Shown here piece after piece: positions 1-14,574 of a stretch of 64,000 bases of DNA. Under the pieces are notes generated by a model that did no database searches, was not told where the DNA came from, and was given only the letters and a program-made list of their open reading frames with translations. The translations under genes and the position numbers were made by a program. The first letter of the stretch is position 1. Each line of letters begins with the position of its first letter. The stretch covers positions 57,510 to 121,509 of the forward strand of contig JAQGDQ010000280.1 of assembly GCA_030141605.1 (NCBI GenBank). Reading direction: 5' to 3'. The stretch is from Tubiluchus corallicola (taxonomy: Eukaryota; Animalia; Priapulida).

Positions 1-379
1 GTTACACGTATCATTTTTGTAAATGTACATGTCATTTGTTGGCCGTAATGACAATAAAACTACTACTATTACTAGATTATCCATACAAATGCTTCCAATG
101 TCAAGTAGCATAATTTGTACTACATCAAATGATAGATCTCGATGAGGCAAATTGAATGGTGTATTTAACAAGTATTTGATTGACTCTTGACCCACGAGTC
201 ACCAACAAAAAGTGACAAGTTTAGATTTCACTAAATTTTCAATGTCAAGCATGACCATACTTACATACAGAGTGTTAATTATTTTAAAAAAATATTTATC
301 TTTGTAAATATAAAACAAAAGCTCTCACATAAAGCAATTCCTGTCACAGAAGCAGAATCTCACCTCATTTTTTCTTACC

Positions 380-517
380 TCAGTTTTTGACAGACACGGT
401 GTCACTAATTATTATCATTTCCTGCTTTCGATGTATTTCGAATCCAATTCAGTTTTTGACAGACACGGTGTCACTAATTATTATCATTTCCTGCATTCGA
501 TGTTTTTCGAATCCAAT
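380..517. repeat. 69-bp direct tandem duplication (2 copies)
   Basis: tcagtttttgacagacacggtgtcactaattattatcatttcctgc... occurs at 380 and 449. Confidence 0.9.
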
Positions 518-566
518 AAAGTCCATTGCAATGTTAAAATTTATTCTGAACTCTTGCAATACAAAC

Positions 567-3500
567 CTTCATCACAATTTTCTCCCGTGTAACCAAGTGT
601 GCAGTTGCAGTAAACAGGAAAATCCGAGTCTACACCATACTCACAATGTCCATAACTGCATGTAATTGGACACCTACGCAGCACTGCAAAAAAAACGCCT
701 TGAACAAGCAACATGGTCATTTGGGAAAAATATGCAGGTCTGGCAAAATGCTAACACTGTGACAGGTAAAAACTGTTTTATTGACATCAGTAATGACTAC
801 AAGAATTATTGGGCGTTTTTTTTTATTTATTGTATGAAAGTCTTCTTGAAGTTAATTATGTACGTTAATGCTGAAGAATATATTAAATCACTTAAAGAAT
901 GTAGAGCAAATTGGGAAGTTCAGACAGACCTTAATAGAGCAAATCGAGCGGCTACTAGGGACCTACCAGAGGTATAATGACGGCATACTTCAAAGCGGTC
1001 CACTGTTGAAACTGTGGGTGTTTAAGGAGTTTCCAAGTGTGTACTTTTATAGGAATTCATTAAACAATACGCAAATGCTACCAGATATTGTATGTGGAAT
1101 GGTAGCGATGCCGTAAAGATTTCTTGTAAACAGCACAACTAAATTGCAATAATCGGCATTATTTAATATGAAAACAGAAAGAAAATTCTCGAAATGGTGA
1201 AATATCTGGGGTTTTGCAGCAGCAACAACAACAGCGACAACAACAACAACAATAACAACAACAACAACAACAATAACAACAACAGCAGCAGCAACAATAA
1301 CAACAACAACAACAACAACAAACAGCAGCAACAGCAGCAAGAATTGAAGCAATAAAAATCAAAATACAAAATTTAAATACAGACATCCTCAAAGCACACA
1401 TCCTGTGAAAAAACACAGGACAAGCCGTCGTCATATCCTGCGAGCTTAATTTCTGAGCCATTTATACACATTACAATTATCATTTAAAATTACACCACAT
1501 CTTGGTTAAAATCTCATAACTTCATAAACAGATCTAAATACAAGACAGAAGTTGCAAGCACATCACCGCCAAAACGTCTGTCCATTTAAAATGTTTTACT
1601 AATTGTTCTTAAAATTTATGTTACCCTTGTTAATAAGTCCGCCTTATTTGACTATTACTAGTGCTTAGTGATTGCCTAGTTACAAGTGTCTCACTGCTCA
1701 GCATATTACTGTTGTGAATAAATTTAGGAATATGTATTTTGGAAGATAATTGATGGAGTTATCAACTGAATTAGATTCAGTTGATAAATTCACGCCTCCC
1801 TGATTTCATGAAATAAATTTACACGGTTGACAGAGAAACTCACCCAGCTGGTAGTACGAATTTAATGCAATTGTCACACGTGTTATAGAAATGCAGGTGT
1901 CTTGTTTAAGAAAGACACTATTGTTTCAAATGGATACATGCAGAGTTAGGGCTATTTAAGAGAGGTTCTAGAGCGATTTAGATGTCGCGTAGAAGTGACT
2001 TTATGATAGCAGCCAAGGTCTCTATCAGTGCTCAGCGACATTAGAGAGATAAATCTGAAGATTTGCCGACGATGGTAGGAAGATCTCAAAAGACGATGGA
2101 ATTCAAGAGAACACATTACTGATTGTAAAATCAGAAGTCTCTTGACGGGAGGTAGCATCTGCAGCAGATGTTGCTGGATGTTGCCATATGGTGCAATATG
2201 AACGAAGGCCAGCTCTCAGAGATATAAATTCTGGTAAGATACTAGAGCTTTACACGCACAACGAAGGGGAGAGTCTGACTGTGGTAGCTGCCATCGTGTT
2301 GTGTCCGAGACAATCTTCTAGACGACAGAAGCAGCGTTTTAGCCCAGCGTGGATAGGATTCTACGTTCTCAGCCAAGACTGAGCACTGGTGCGACGAGGT
2401 CTCGATAAGCTATCAGGATTTGACCAAGTGTAAGGGTACATTGGTCAATCCACAAGTTAAGTGAATTCAACTTATTTGTATCTGAGTCCAACTCTATATA
2501 ACTGTAGCATTCACGTTGTGTTAAGCACCTTCAGTGCAGCATATTGAATCGTTATCAATTAAAGTGAATAGCATCTTCTCTGGAGCTATACTCTAGTTGT
2601 AAGCGCCCACCGGCGTATAAGGACAAATCGTGTAAAGTAAGCCAGAGTAGATAATGTGTAATTTGTGATCGAATAAAATCTGTTCACTTTAGTAACGCAG
2701 ATAACGAGTTCTTGTATGATTGAGAGCGTTCACAGTAAAGCACCACTAAATCCTAGACACGAACTTGAGATATTCGCATTGTACTAAAAGAAAGCTCAAT
2801 TGCGGGAGCAACGCTTGATAACTTGAGGGAAGAAGACCTCAACTCTCAACGCAAGATCGAAGTGATAGTCTGGAAGGACATCATCATTGCCTGATAGACT
2901 GAACTAAAGCCCTCGGAGTCAGGTGACTTAAAAGCGATCAATCACCTTATAGCGAATGGGAAGCGAATCTATATAATCTATAGAATCTAATACATCGATA
3001 AAATCTATACGATTAATTCATGATCACTCAATACGGCTAGATAAACTATACGATCAATCTATCGAGAATAAAAGGTCGTGATATTACAGCATTTATAGTT
3101 ATTTGTACAAGGGCATTTAAAAATAACAAAAATTCAAATTTGCATCAATCGATTCAAAAACAACTTTAACCATGCCTTACCACTGTGAGAGGTGTGTCCC
3201 AAATTACACCACAGCCAAGAAAAGTGGTAACAGATAGACAAACAAACGGAACACATACAAACACGCGCACGCACGCAAGTACGCACGCACTCACGCAATC
3301 ATACGCACACACGCACGCACGCACACACACACACACACACACGTACACTTTTTTCAACTGAATGACCATACTCCATTAGATACATACTCATCTAATACAA
3401 AATGCCATAAGTGTGGCATAATCTGGAACTTTCTAGGAAAAATAATAATTTCATTTTACTATGTTATCTACAGAAAAATACAAATAGGCACTGTGGTAAT

Positions 3501-6500
3501 TTAGAAACAACATTACTTTTGGGTTCGAAAACTGAGGACACCTAGGCAACAGTATAGTGGTCACAGGATGTTTTATTTTATTAATTAAGTAATCACTTTA
3601 GTTGCATAGCTTTTAGTCAGAAATGCCAAGGAAATTCCTAAGTAAAGACAACTAGAAAATGGTCTATTGATTGGCCGAAATAGTCCATTAAACCATCTGT
3701 TAACTAATTAGTTAATGTTTCCGTCATTCTGTTGTTAGAAATAATTCGGGGTAAAACTAAGAATTATTCGGGCGTTCATACTTCTTTAAGGTGTGAAATT
3801 CTTCAAGTTATTATCAAGATGAACAAATTGGAACCTTTAGACACACAACAAGAAAAACAACAATAACAAACGTACCGACCACGCTGAGGTTCAACAATGG
3901 GGTTGTGAATTTGGAGTACATATACGTGCAAGGGCAAGAGCCTACATGCAGTAGTAATTGATCTCAAAAATTAAAATGACGAACTAAAAATAAATACCAG
4001 TATCGATCTCAACGGCTGTGTAATTCCTTGTGACATTTCCTCCACACTTCTTGAAAGTTTTGTGACTGTGTGGACAGTTATCAGGACACAGGTCATCGTT
4101 TCTTTCGAGGTAATCTTCCATCTTTTGGCTTGCATTACCACACATGCAGTATGTTCCAGTCCCATTATAGAAATACGCCACAAATGTAAAATTTTGATCA
4201 CATTTTTGTTCGCACTGTTTCACTAAGGTATCAAAATCATTATTATACATAAGATCGGATGTATCATCAAATATAACTCCAGATTTGCCTTGATAGTAGC
4301 ATCCATGATAGCTATAGGAATGACCTGAAACACATAAGGGTGCTTTGCTGAATCAAAACATGTATACAAGTGTGGTCGAATACCGGTAGTACATCAGTTT
4401 TTGTTTTTGATCAGTGACCATAATTTTTTTTATTGATTAACCTCCATTTTCTCACAAGCACAAACTATAAATTTCAGTCAGTGAGTTTAGAAGTAAGCCT
4501 GCAAGCGAGTTAGCGGTGTCAAAGAGTATGCAGTATGTTATTTTCTGTTGATTTGTCATTATAATTGGATACCAGTAATAATGCACTCTTCTTGCAAGTG
4601 CCAACTAAGAGTAATCACACTCTTTACCAGCTACCTTCTCACCCATCTACTTTTTCGCCTCTCTACGTTTTCGCCAGTCTACCTTCTCGCCAGTTTATCT
4701 TTTCGCCAACTTACCTTCTGACCAGTCTACTTTCTCACCAGTCTACCTTTTTGCAAGTCTACCTTCTCACCAATCTACCTTCTCGTCAGTCTACTTTTCC
4801 GCATGTCTACCTTCTCACCTATCTACCTTCTCGTCAGTCTACCTTTTCGCCAGTCTACCTTTTCGCCAGTCTACCTTCTCGCCAATCTACTTTCTCGCCA
4901 TACAGTGCCTACAGTGAGAGCAAATGTAGTCTACTTAACTTTGTAAAATGAGTGTTTCAAAGTCACGTTGAAACCATTACTCATAAAAGAAGCGTCACCT
5001 ACTAGGATGGTGCCCAGTGCAACGACTGTACGATCAATTCTCTATCTAATGATGTGCCTCCCAGCCACCACCGCCATAGGGTCGCACCCATGTCGGTATC
5101 GTTCTTTTACTTATGTAGAAGATATCAACATGGTTTCCTTTCTGAACGGAAGCCGTAAATCATACAGAAAGGTACAATATATCATTGGATTTGCACTGAA
5201 ACGTAGGGTCTGATGCACTGCGTTAAAGTCGCGAACCGAGTTTCGTTTTGCCACAATTGTCGCTTGTTTCTCTTGTACAAACAACCTTGATTAATTTTTC
5301 AAAATTGATTTTGAAATTCGTTCAATTGCGCAACTCCGAGAGCTTAGGTCAAGTTGATAGGGCTATGATAATGTCCCATACAACTGAAACCACGAAATAT
5401 TGCGTTGTGAGTATAGATCCTTTTCTCTCGAATTATCAAGCTGGCTCCCGCAATGAGCCTTACAGTGTGAATCTATCGAGTTCGATCAAGGATTTAGTGT
5501 CTTCACGATTGTGAGCCTTGAGTAACGCTTTGAACATTAAACAACTCGATATTTACGTTAAATTGAAGAATGGTTTATTGTAATTAAATTTACAATGCAG
5601 ATCAAAGTTCTAAGATAAGTACAAAGCTTTTCATATGCGCTTGCAATTAACGCTCTAATCCAAAGAGATAATTCCAATCACAAACTACTTCCCAAGTTGT
5701 AATGTTTGCACTTATGGTGCTAAAGTTACTCTGTTATTACAATCCACATAAACTGTTACAGCATCAGAGAATAAAGTAAAACTACTTAACTTGAGGACTG
5801 GCCAACCTAACAATCGTTATTGGCCAGATCCTGATTCCTGAAAGAGACTTCTCAGCATCGAAGATTTGTCGAAGCAAATGACGCAGTTATATTACTACGC
5901 TGAGCTAAAGATATGTCTTCTAAAAAGATCGTCTCGTAGAAGTAAACGGCAACACTCCTCTGCAATTCAGCAACTACTCTATCTGACTCTGTGCGCGTGT
6001 GTGACTGAACTCTGAACTCTCACTCTCCTTATGAAGCAAAAGTCATTAAGCTAGGTATTGCGTCGAAGTCATCCGGTATTGCACCATCTGACCTCCCGCA
6101 GATGACATCCGTGATTCACCAGGTAATTTAAATTACTAGAGGTCGTAACCCTATCACCTTAGACATTGAAATATTGCTTGATAGGTTAAGTTAACTATCA
6201 GTAAATGACTTGTACTGACTCTAACAATGTAACATCCTGACTTATCCATCTGCAAATTGCCAGCGCAGGGCGCATTTTTATGTACGCTAAATGGTACCTT
6301 GACTCTTTAAGTAGTCGGTGTGTCTTTTAATCTTCTACTTTCCCGTTCACCAACCTCTGACACCTGACTCATTAAACTCAAGGTACAAGCTGAGTGAGTA
6401 AGTTATAATCAAATTGCATGGTCTTCGTTATCAGACCAAGGAGGAGTATATTATCTCCGAAATCTTATAATTTAATTCTTCCAATTAATTTCCAATTAAT

Positions 6501-9500
6501 TTCTCGTTCTAAATTTGATTCACAACACACTACTGCAAAAAATAGAATTCCTGGTTGAAAATTGTAGTTCAGGATCTCCTGTTATTTTCGTTCTGTGTTG
6601 TTTATAGTTTCAGAGATACGCATCTTTTTGGAATAACTCAAAAACTAGACAGTGCTACTTGACCGAATTTGGTGTACTTGTAGCTAGGATAGAGTTAGCT
6701 TACAATTTCGGGTCGTGAGTTCTATGCATACGCGCCACTAGAGGTTAAAAAATTGGACGCACAAGCGGCTAGGGGCTCTGAAGGAATTTTCCTGTATTTG
6801 ATGACATTTTGAAGGCTTGAAATGAGATCTAAATTCTGGTACATAGACTTCCTCAAACGTGAAAATTCCGCTTTGATAAATATATTTTACGTACATTTAC
6901 CTAGGTAATATTCATTGTATTCTATTGCACTAGTCATATATTTTAAAATCAAGTTCGTAATACACTGCAATGCGGATGACCCATTACTTAAGCTTAATTT
7001 ATTTGGTATCAAATTTTATCTACCCAGCAAAATGCCGATAGTCAAACATAAAACTGATTGTTAAGTCGACAGCCCACCCACTGTTCGTACAAAATTTAAT
7101 AAGTTTGCATGTGTGCTAATTTTTCCCACCAGACACTCTCGGCCACACATGCGTTTTATTGCATTCGAGACCATTTTGCAGTTGCTAGAAGCTATTTCCT
7201 CAGGTAAGTACACTAGTTTAAAACTCATTATGTCACAACAAACTTGTGACTCATAATTTCCCTGCTACAGTGAAGGGATTATTATTATTATTATAATTCT
7301 TTATTTAAAATTTAAAATTGTACGCATATACAAATATTTACGTAAAATACACACAGTGACCCTCTATTTGCAAGGCATGGTTAAGAAAACTTTCTAAATA
7401 AAATAGCTGTTATATTCGTAAGACTTTTAAATTCCAATAAAACAATATACCAAAAAAATAATAACTAAAATCAAATAGTACCAGTTTACACAAAACGACC
7501 TGTATAATATAAAAGTGACAGATATAATATAAATGTTTAATATTTTATACTAAAGTTTGTAAAAACGAATCACAAACTAACTCAGTGAAAGCAACTAGCA
7601 AGTTTTTGTCGCGAGAGGTATAAATTTTACTAATGTTATTAAATTGTAGGCTATTTGCGAGCGCTAATCTTTTATTTTAGTCGACCAAAGTACAATTAAA
7701 AAGCAAATGTTCAACTGTTTGTGCTTCCTCTGAACATATACAGGCATTTTCATGTAGGTATCCAATTTTAAAAAGAAAATCTTTAAAGTTACTTTGTCCT
7801 AGTAAAAAGCTACAAGATAGTTTTTCTAGCCTTCTGCTACCTGTATGAAAAGAATGTCTACTGGAGTTAAAAATACATTTTCGGGAAGAATAGATAACTC
7901 CTGGCATTGGTAGCGAGTACGGCATCTGTTTTTCCATAGTTGTGATATAAAATGCTCAATATCCTGTTTTTTGTACTCAAGCGGTATATTACCGTAATCA
8001 ATAGTACGTGAATCATAATTTTTACATAATTTTAAATATTGACCACTAGAAGCCAGTAATTCTCGAATGAAATGTCTATGACCGATTGTGGTATCACGAC
8101 TAATCTCTATTACATGACTTTTGACTAAGTCTGAATCCGACATTGCTAGATATTTTAGCATAAATTTTGCTGTGATTCCCTTAAACAAAATATCAAGTGG
8201 GGGTAGCCCACAAATTAACTCTAGTTTGTCTTTTATTGGTGAAAGTGACAACCAGTAGCAGTTTTCATAACGTCATACAACAGATCGTCAAACAATGGGT
8301 GCTTTCTTACCATCCAGGCAGGAGCAGCATACATTATAATCGGTAAAACTAAGTCTTAAATAGAGCAATGATAACATTGAGATTGAAACCTTTATACAGC
8401 ATACTCTTACGCTTAATTGATATACACCTATTCCAAGCTTGTCTTCTAACCTTATTTACATGATTTTCAAATGACAAATTACTGTCGATTGTAACTCCTA
8501 AAACTTTACTACTTTGCACGTAACTAACATCATTGGTTCCAAATTTTAAGCAGTCATTTAAATCATGAAGGCCAAATGAAATTATTTCAGTTTTTCCTTG
8601 CGAGCAATTTAGTATCTGCAGCCATGTAAAACACCAATTATAGAGTTTATCACAGCACAGCTGACTAGTTCTAAGCGTTTCATTTTCGGAAGAACAAGCT
8701 ACAAGTATTGTTCCGTCATCTGCATATTTAAAATTATTAGTATTTGATATTGCTAAGATTTCGTCAAACATATCGGACACATAAAAATTAAATAGCACGG
8801 GGGGATGACTGACCCCTGTGGCAGACCTGTCTTACAACAGTATTCCTGAGAAGTGTAGTTATTGACCTTGATGCGCACATTCCTTTCATATAGAAAAGTC
8901 TTAATAAGACCCAGAATTCTACCTTTAAAGCCGGTCTCATATAGCTTAAACAGTAGACCATCCAACCAGACGCTGTCAAAAGCGCGCTGGAAATCACAGC
9001 AGATAGACAGACAGACGTCATTTTGTAGTAAATGCTTTTGAATATTTGATATTAAGCGAATCAAATAGCGACCAGTATTGCGACCTGCCATGAAACCTTC
9101 CTGCACTTCGTCTATAAGATCATTTTCAGATATGTAAGTTCTCAATCGATTTGACAGTGAACTTTCAGCAAATTTGCCAAAATAGGATGAGAGAGTCAGG
9201 GGTCGAAAGCTACCAGGATCCGTATAATTTGTTTTGCCTTCCTTTTTAATGAATATTACATTGGATTCACGACAAACCCACTTGCTTTTACTTAAACAAA
9301 GATTGCACAAGTATAGAAAAACCGCCTTGGCCCAGAAGCCACGGTGTTTAACCATCAGTGGATGAAAGCCATCGCAGTCGGTGCTTTTACCCTGCGTTTT
9401 TTGTAAAGTTACAGTTTATAGCAAGGGGCACCATGGCTCTATAATCATAGCGAGAAACTTCCCCCTCTACTTGCTGCTGCCAAACATAATCAAAATTTGC

Positions 9501-12007
9501 ACCGCTTACGTGATCTCCACTTAAAAATTTTTGTATAGTACCTCACAAATATCTTGATTTTCGCTATATATATTTCCTTCATATTTTAGCATGCCGATAA
9601 CTGACTTTGCTCTACCAGTAAATATTTTCTTATATTCTCTCCAGAATGCATATATTTTCTCCTTGCAGAAAACAATAAGTTTGATGAAGAACTTCGCACT
9701 GCTGCTGATAACTGGCTTTATAAAAAGTTTGTCAACTTAAATGTTCGTAAAAGTGACGGGAGGGGGGGGGGGGGCAGAACCCTAGGGCCCACCCCTAACT
9801 GCAGAAGTGCAATTACAGTTAGCTAAAAACTGACTAGACAACGGAAATCGATAAGAGAATCGACACAAGATAAGTGACATACATAAACATAAGTTCACTA
9901 TCAGCTGCAAATCAGCTGACTACTCGGGGATTGCGCAAACAAACAAGAGGTTGATGTGTGTCTTGGTTTATTTAGCCATAAAAAATTCTTTAAAGATTTT
10001 GTGGACGCACGTGCGTCAATGCGTCCGTCTGCCGGCGCTCATGGTTCTATGACACAGATGCCCTGAAAATATGTTCATTTTTGATAAAGTATTTACTCCT
10101 AAAGGAAGCACCACCTATCCAAACGAAAAAAAGTAAGTAAAGTACTATGTCTTGGCTATAGATACTCTGTTCTGTTTTGACGAGCTCTGAACCGTTTTAC
10201 AAGGCATCAAATATGCAATATTGTTCATACAATACTTGGCGCTCTGTGAACGGTAGATATAAGTCTTACAGAGGCGTGCCATATATCATTGAATTCGCAA
10301 TGAAATGTAGAATACGACGCTAAACATGTTTTTCTCTTTTTTGTTTACCCGTACACTCACAAAACACATGACTCGCTTGGTTGTACTGTTTCTATTATCA
10401 ACTGGCAAAATGACAAAATGGCAAAAGGTGCACTGGCGAAGTGTACTCGCAATTTTGGGGCAATGTATCTGGATCTACGTTTTATAGCCAATCGAATGTA
10501 TTGAACACCCCTGTACGACTTACAGCTTCGTTTAAAGGGAACAAATTCAGTTTTTGGTATCTGCCCATATTTTTGTTTAGACGAGGTTTGACGGTCCTTG
10601 GCTACCTGCCTACACAGTAATATTCTCTGCGTAATCTCAAAGATACGCATTAGTTGTACTTATGAAACTCTTTTTGTTCAGCTCTTTAAAAACTGACCTG
10701 TAAACGTGAACCAAATGCTCGTGCAGCTATTTGAAATACAGTCAACATCGGGTATCAGGTACTCGCTTATAAGGGACAATCGCTTATAAGGGACCACCAA
10801 CACCGGTCCCGATTTTTCGCAACGTTTTTATGTAAAAATCTTCGCATATAAAGTTCGCAGATATAAGGGACTTCAAATATATCTTCAGATACCGCGTAAT
10901 AGAAACCCAAGTAAATTACCTCGCATATAAGGGACCCTATGATCAAAGATTTTTTACATCCTAAAAAGCCTATGCCAGGACCCCTCGTGGGCCCGGCTGT
11001 ATTCCCTTGGACTAAGGTCGGGACTTATGGCTGTAATGATGTGAGTAACTAGATGAAAATATAAAAAAGCGGCTCAAGCGAAATTGATCGTTTTTTAGCT
11101 TCAATTTTTTGCAAACTCAGCCTTCGAACAGCTCGGTTTCCGCTATTCAACTTCGGCTATAACGGACATCGGATATAAGGGACGATTTTTCCGGTCCGGA
11201 GGTGTCCCTTATATCCGAGGTTGACTGAACTACAGAAACTACTATAACAACACAAATAGTTCGTACAGAAAATGGTTTCTGGTGTGCACTAACCTATTTT
11301 ATAGAGGCTGGCAAACGTGACGTTAACTTCCGTTCCACAGTAACGTCTCCCTTTGTCACATAAAGAACAAAATGACTGGTCACTCACGGTCTCCGGTGAA
11401 AAATTACTAATGTCACTGCACCAGCATTGTATCGTATCACTTTTTTCAAATGGAGTCCAAAGGCTCTTGTAAATGTAACCCTCCCGAGTGGGGTTGTAGT
11501 GTCCCCAGCAAAAAAACGTACAGTTAAAGACAAAAACTCCACTAAAAATCCAGCTTGCCTGTGGTGTAAACAAATTCATTTCGTAGCAACCAATATACTC
11601 ATTTTTTTGAGTACGTGCTGAAAATAATGACGGTAAAGTTAGTGCACACTATCATTGATATCTTCATCATCTTACAATTTCTACTTTTCCTGTAAACAAT
11701 ACTTTTTTAACCAACAGTGTTCAACGTGTCTAGCAGGCATTCGTAATTTTGACAGTACAATATCGAGAGAAATGATATGACGAACTGTACCTGCACCTTT
11801 ATTCCTGTTTTTGCAGGGTTGAATTAGGCGTGTTGATGCCCTAATCAAAAGCATATCACCTAGTACCTGTGTTCCAGCTCTCTCGTTTGCCCCGCGTCAC
11901 TACGTGCACGTCGACGTGCACTCAAAGCATATGTACCGTATGATACAAAATATGTGACATTATGTATAAAACATTGAGCTTTTTATTGTTGTTGTTGTTG
12001 TTGTTAT

Positions 12008-12044
<37 letters not shown>

Positions 12045-12128
12045 ACTGCTGCTGTTGCTGTTGTTTGTTGCTGTTGTTGTTGTTGCTGCTGTTGCTGTTG
12101 TTGTTGTTGCTGTTGTTGTTATTGTTGC

Positions 12129-12192
<64 letters not shown>

Positions 12193-12587
12193 GAAAATTA
12201 CTGCTTAGCCTACCACTCCCCAGGCTAAGCCTAAACATACACATATCAATAGCATCAGCACACGCTGTCTGGGTTTTCCTTATACATCAAAACTCGTGGC
12301 TTTTACTAAATTACAGCAAATATACAAATGCAACATATTTGATTACACACGTAATTACAGGTTTACGTTTCCCAGAAATAGTTATAAAAACCTGGTTCAC
12401 TAGAAAGCAAGCTTTGAAATTGCGATGCCAAGCGATACACATAGTTCCAGTAGGCCTTTATTTCTTATCAGGACCTATTTCAGGGGGGGAGGGGTAGGTA
12501 TACTTCCCCGGGGCCTCACCTTCCAGGGGGGCCTCGTGCAAAGTAACATTTTTTTGCTTTATGCGAACATACTGCCTCCTCTCCCAC

Positions 12588-12629
<42 letters not shown>

Positions 12630-13101
12630 CCGCACGCTTCTCCGGCGTTCTAGCAATTCAAAAATTTTCTGGTCGCCAACCATGGTGGCGTACGCCCCCC
12701 CCCCCCGGCGCCTCAACCCCCAAGCCTCACACGCCCCACTTCCCCGGGCCTCGTTTAGGCTGAAATAGGCCCTGTTTCTTATCACCTTGACATTGCTTTT
12801 CAAAATTTTCATAATGCAAAAATAGGAGCACTATAGAGAACAGTGTCCTTTGTCATCAGTTTAGAGTTTTGATTTTTCATTATTTCATTTAATACCTTTA
12901 AAGTTTTAAACGTCTTTTGGCTAAACAGTGCAAATTAAATCTGATCAAAGTTTACAACGGTTAGAAACCAAATTCAGTTTTTCAGAAAGAAACAATGATG
13001 ACATCTGTTAATAATTATTATAAACTACGACTACTCTTACCATATTTAATGAGGAACAACGATGAACTGAAACAAATCAACAAGATTGTAAATTTCTCCA
13101 T
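567..13101 (-). CDS. Secreted or membrane protein with signal peptide, two WSC-like domains and an EGF-like domain (3' end outside the window)
   Basis: Exons, all GT-AG and phase 1: 13041-13101 (MEKFTILLICFSSSLFLIKY, signal-peptide-like); 11294-11617 (YIGCY..C...C..CWCS..C..C...CG); 3998-4324 (YHGCY..CEQKC..YCMCGN..C...C..CGG); 3876-3941 (short linker, less certain); 567-683 (CPITCSYGHC..YCNCTLGYTGENC, EGF pattern). Confidence 0.75.
1217..1340. repeat. (CAA/CAG)n microsatellite
   Basis: Direct reading; explains the poly-V/L/C ORFs here. Confidence 0.95.
1710..3088 (+). mobile_element. Solo-LTR-like non-coding element
   Basis: Starts TGTTGTG and plausibly ends ..ATTACA. Has a TATA-like motif (~2495) and AATAAA (~2672). 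Patchy homology to the inverted element at 5333-6527. No clean TSD found. Confidence 0.5.
4620..4900. repeat. 16-bp minisatellite (ccagtctaccttctcg)n
   Basis: tctac recurs every 16 nt (4806, 4822, 4838, 4854). Confidence 0.9.
5333..6527 (-). mobile_element. Diverged relative of the 1710-3088 LTR-like element, inverted
   Basis: Minus strand starts TGTTGTGAATCAAATTTAG versus TGTTGTGAATAAATTTAG. Shares blocks cactaaatcct, ttgcgggagc, gcttgataa and ctcggagt in the same order. Confidence 0.5.
7279..9400 (-). mobile_element. 5'-truncated, frameshifted non-LTR retrotransposon (LINE) ORF2
   Basis: RT motifs across three frames: FRPLTLSS, QEGF, DFQRAFDSV, GLPQGSV, YADD. C-terminal CxC..HLLFNC knuckle. 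3' AATAAA and (TAA)n tail at ~7279-7306. 5' boundary approximate. Confidence 0.9.
10739..11227. mobile_element. Tc1/pogo (Tigger-like) MITE
   Basis: TIRs CAGTCAACATCGG / CCGAGGTTGACTG; left TA; internal tataagggac repeats. Confidence 0.8.
11983..12193. repeat. (TTG/CTG)n microsatellite
   Basis: Direct reading. Confidence 0.95.
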
Positions 13102-13319
13102 TTCTCGTCTGCTGCTGCTTGCTGTTTCAGTCACAAAGCAAAAACGCAGGAATGGAATTTTAGCGCGTCAAAGAACTATTTCCTAAACTGTGGCCATTGT
13201 TTCAGATTAAATAGGTTATTGTTCGTGTCTCTCAGCATTGTTTTATGTCGTTAGAATGTAGGTTTAACAAGCAGTTAAGTAATACAGCCCTATCTTTCTT
13301 TTGTATACCACTACAAAAC

Positions 13320-14112
13320 AATCTGTCTGTACATCTATTTGATTCTGTGTTTATTTGTACGTTTGCTCGTCTGTCTGTACGTCTATTTGATTCTGTGTGC
13401 ATTTGTGCGTTTGCTCATCTGTCTGGACATCTATTTGATTCTGTGTTTACTTGTACGTTTGCTCGTCTGTCTGTACATCTATTTGATTCTGTGTTCATTT
13501 GTACGTTTGCTCGTCTGTCTGTACATCTATTTGATTCTGTGTTCATTTATGCGTTTGCTCGTCTGTCTGTACATTTATTTCAGCCTGCGTTTATTTGTAC
13601 GTTTGCTCGTCTGTCTGTACATCTATTTGATTCTGTGTTCATTTGTACGTTTGCTCGTCTGTCTGTACATCTATTTGATTCTGTGTTCATTTGTGCGTTT
13701 GCTCGTCTGTCTGTACATTTATTTCAGCCTGTGTTTATTTGTACGTTTGCTCGTCTGTCTGTACATCTATTTCATTCTGTGTGCATTTGTACGTTTGCTC
13801 GTCTGTCTGTACATCTATTTGATTCTGTGTGCATTTGTACGTTTGCTCGTCTGTCTGTACATCTATTTGATTCTGCGTTCATTTGTGCGTTTGCTCGTCT
13901 GTCTGTACGTCTATTTGATTCTGTGTTTTATTGTGCGTTTGATCGTCTGTCTGTACATCTATTTGATTCTGTGTGCATTTGTGCGTTTGCTCGTCTGTCT
14001 GTACGTCTATTTGATTCTGTGTTCATTTGTGCGTTTGCCCGTCTGTCTGAACGTCTATTTGATTCTGTGTTTATTCGTGCGTTTGCTCATCTGTCTGTAC
14101 ATCTATTTGATT
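13320..14112. repeat. 48-bp tandem minisatellite, about 16 copies
   Basis: Unit gtctgtctgtacatctatttgattctgtgttcatttgtacgtttgctc; period 48. Confidence 0.95.
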
Positions 14113-14574
14113 CCTATGGCCAACATTGTTCTGCTCGGCCATTGTATCTTACCAATGCCAACCACAATTGTAGAGGGCAGCACTTATTATTATTATTATT
14201 ATTATTTATTAAATATACACACAACGATCATTACAGCATAGCACTTCAAAAGATTTTAATAACATATTTATTACTATGTACACAAGATGCCAAGCTGCAA
14301 ATGACCCGTGGGATACTTTAATTTAAGCATACTTTTATTACAGACAGACAGTTTTAACAACTTATACGTGAGCATTCACATCTTAGTAAATTTAACAAGT
14401 GTCAGTAAATCGATATAAACGCAATATTTTTAGAATTATTAGTTACGTTGTTTAATTAAAAATGACAAGCTAAAGGTAAGTAATTGTACGATTAACCTAT
14501 AAAAATATCTTTTAACATTAATTTTCACAACATACATAAAATTAAGTTGGTCTCATTGATCATTATTTAAAGCG

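Noticed and set aside
13245-14321. 358-aa and 300-aa ORFs
   Set aside because: Products of a stop-free 48-bp tandem repeat, open in two frames, with no domain signal.
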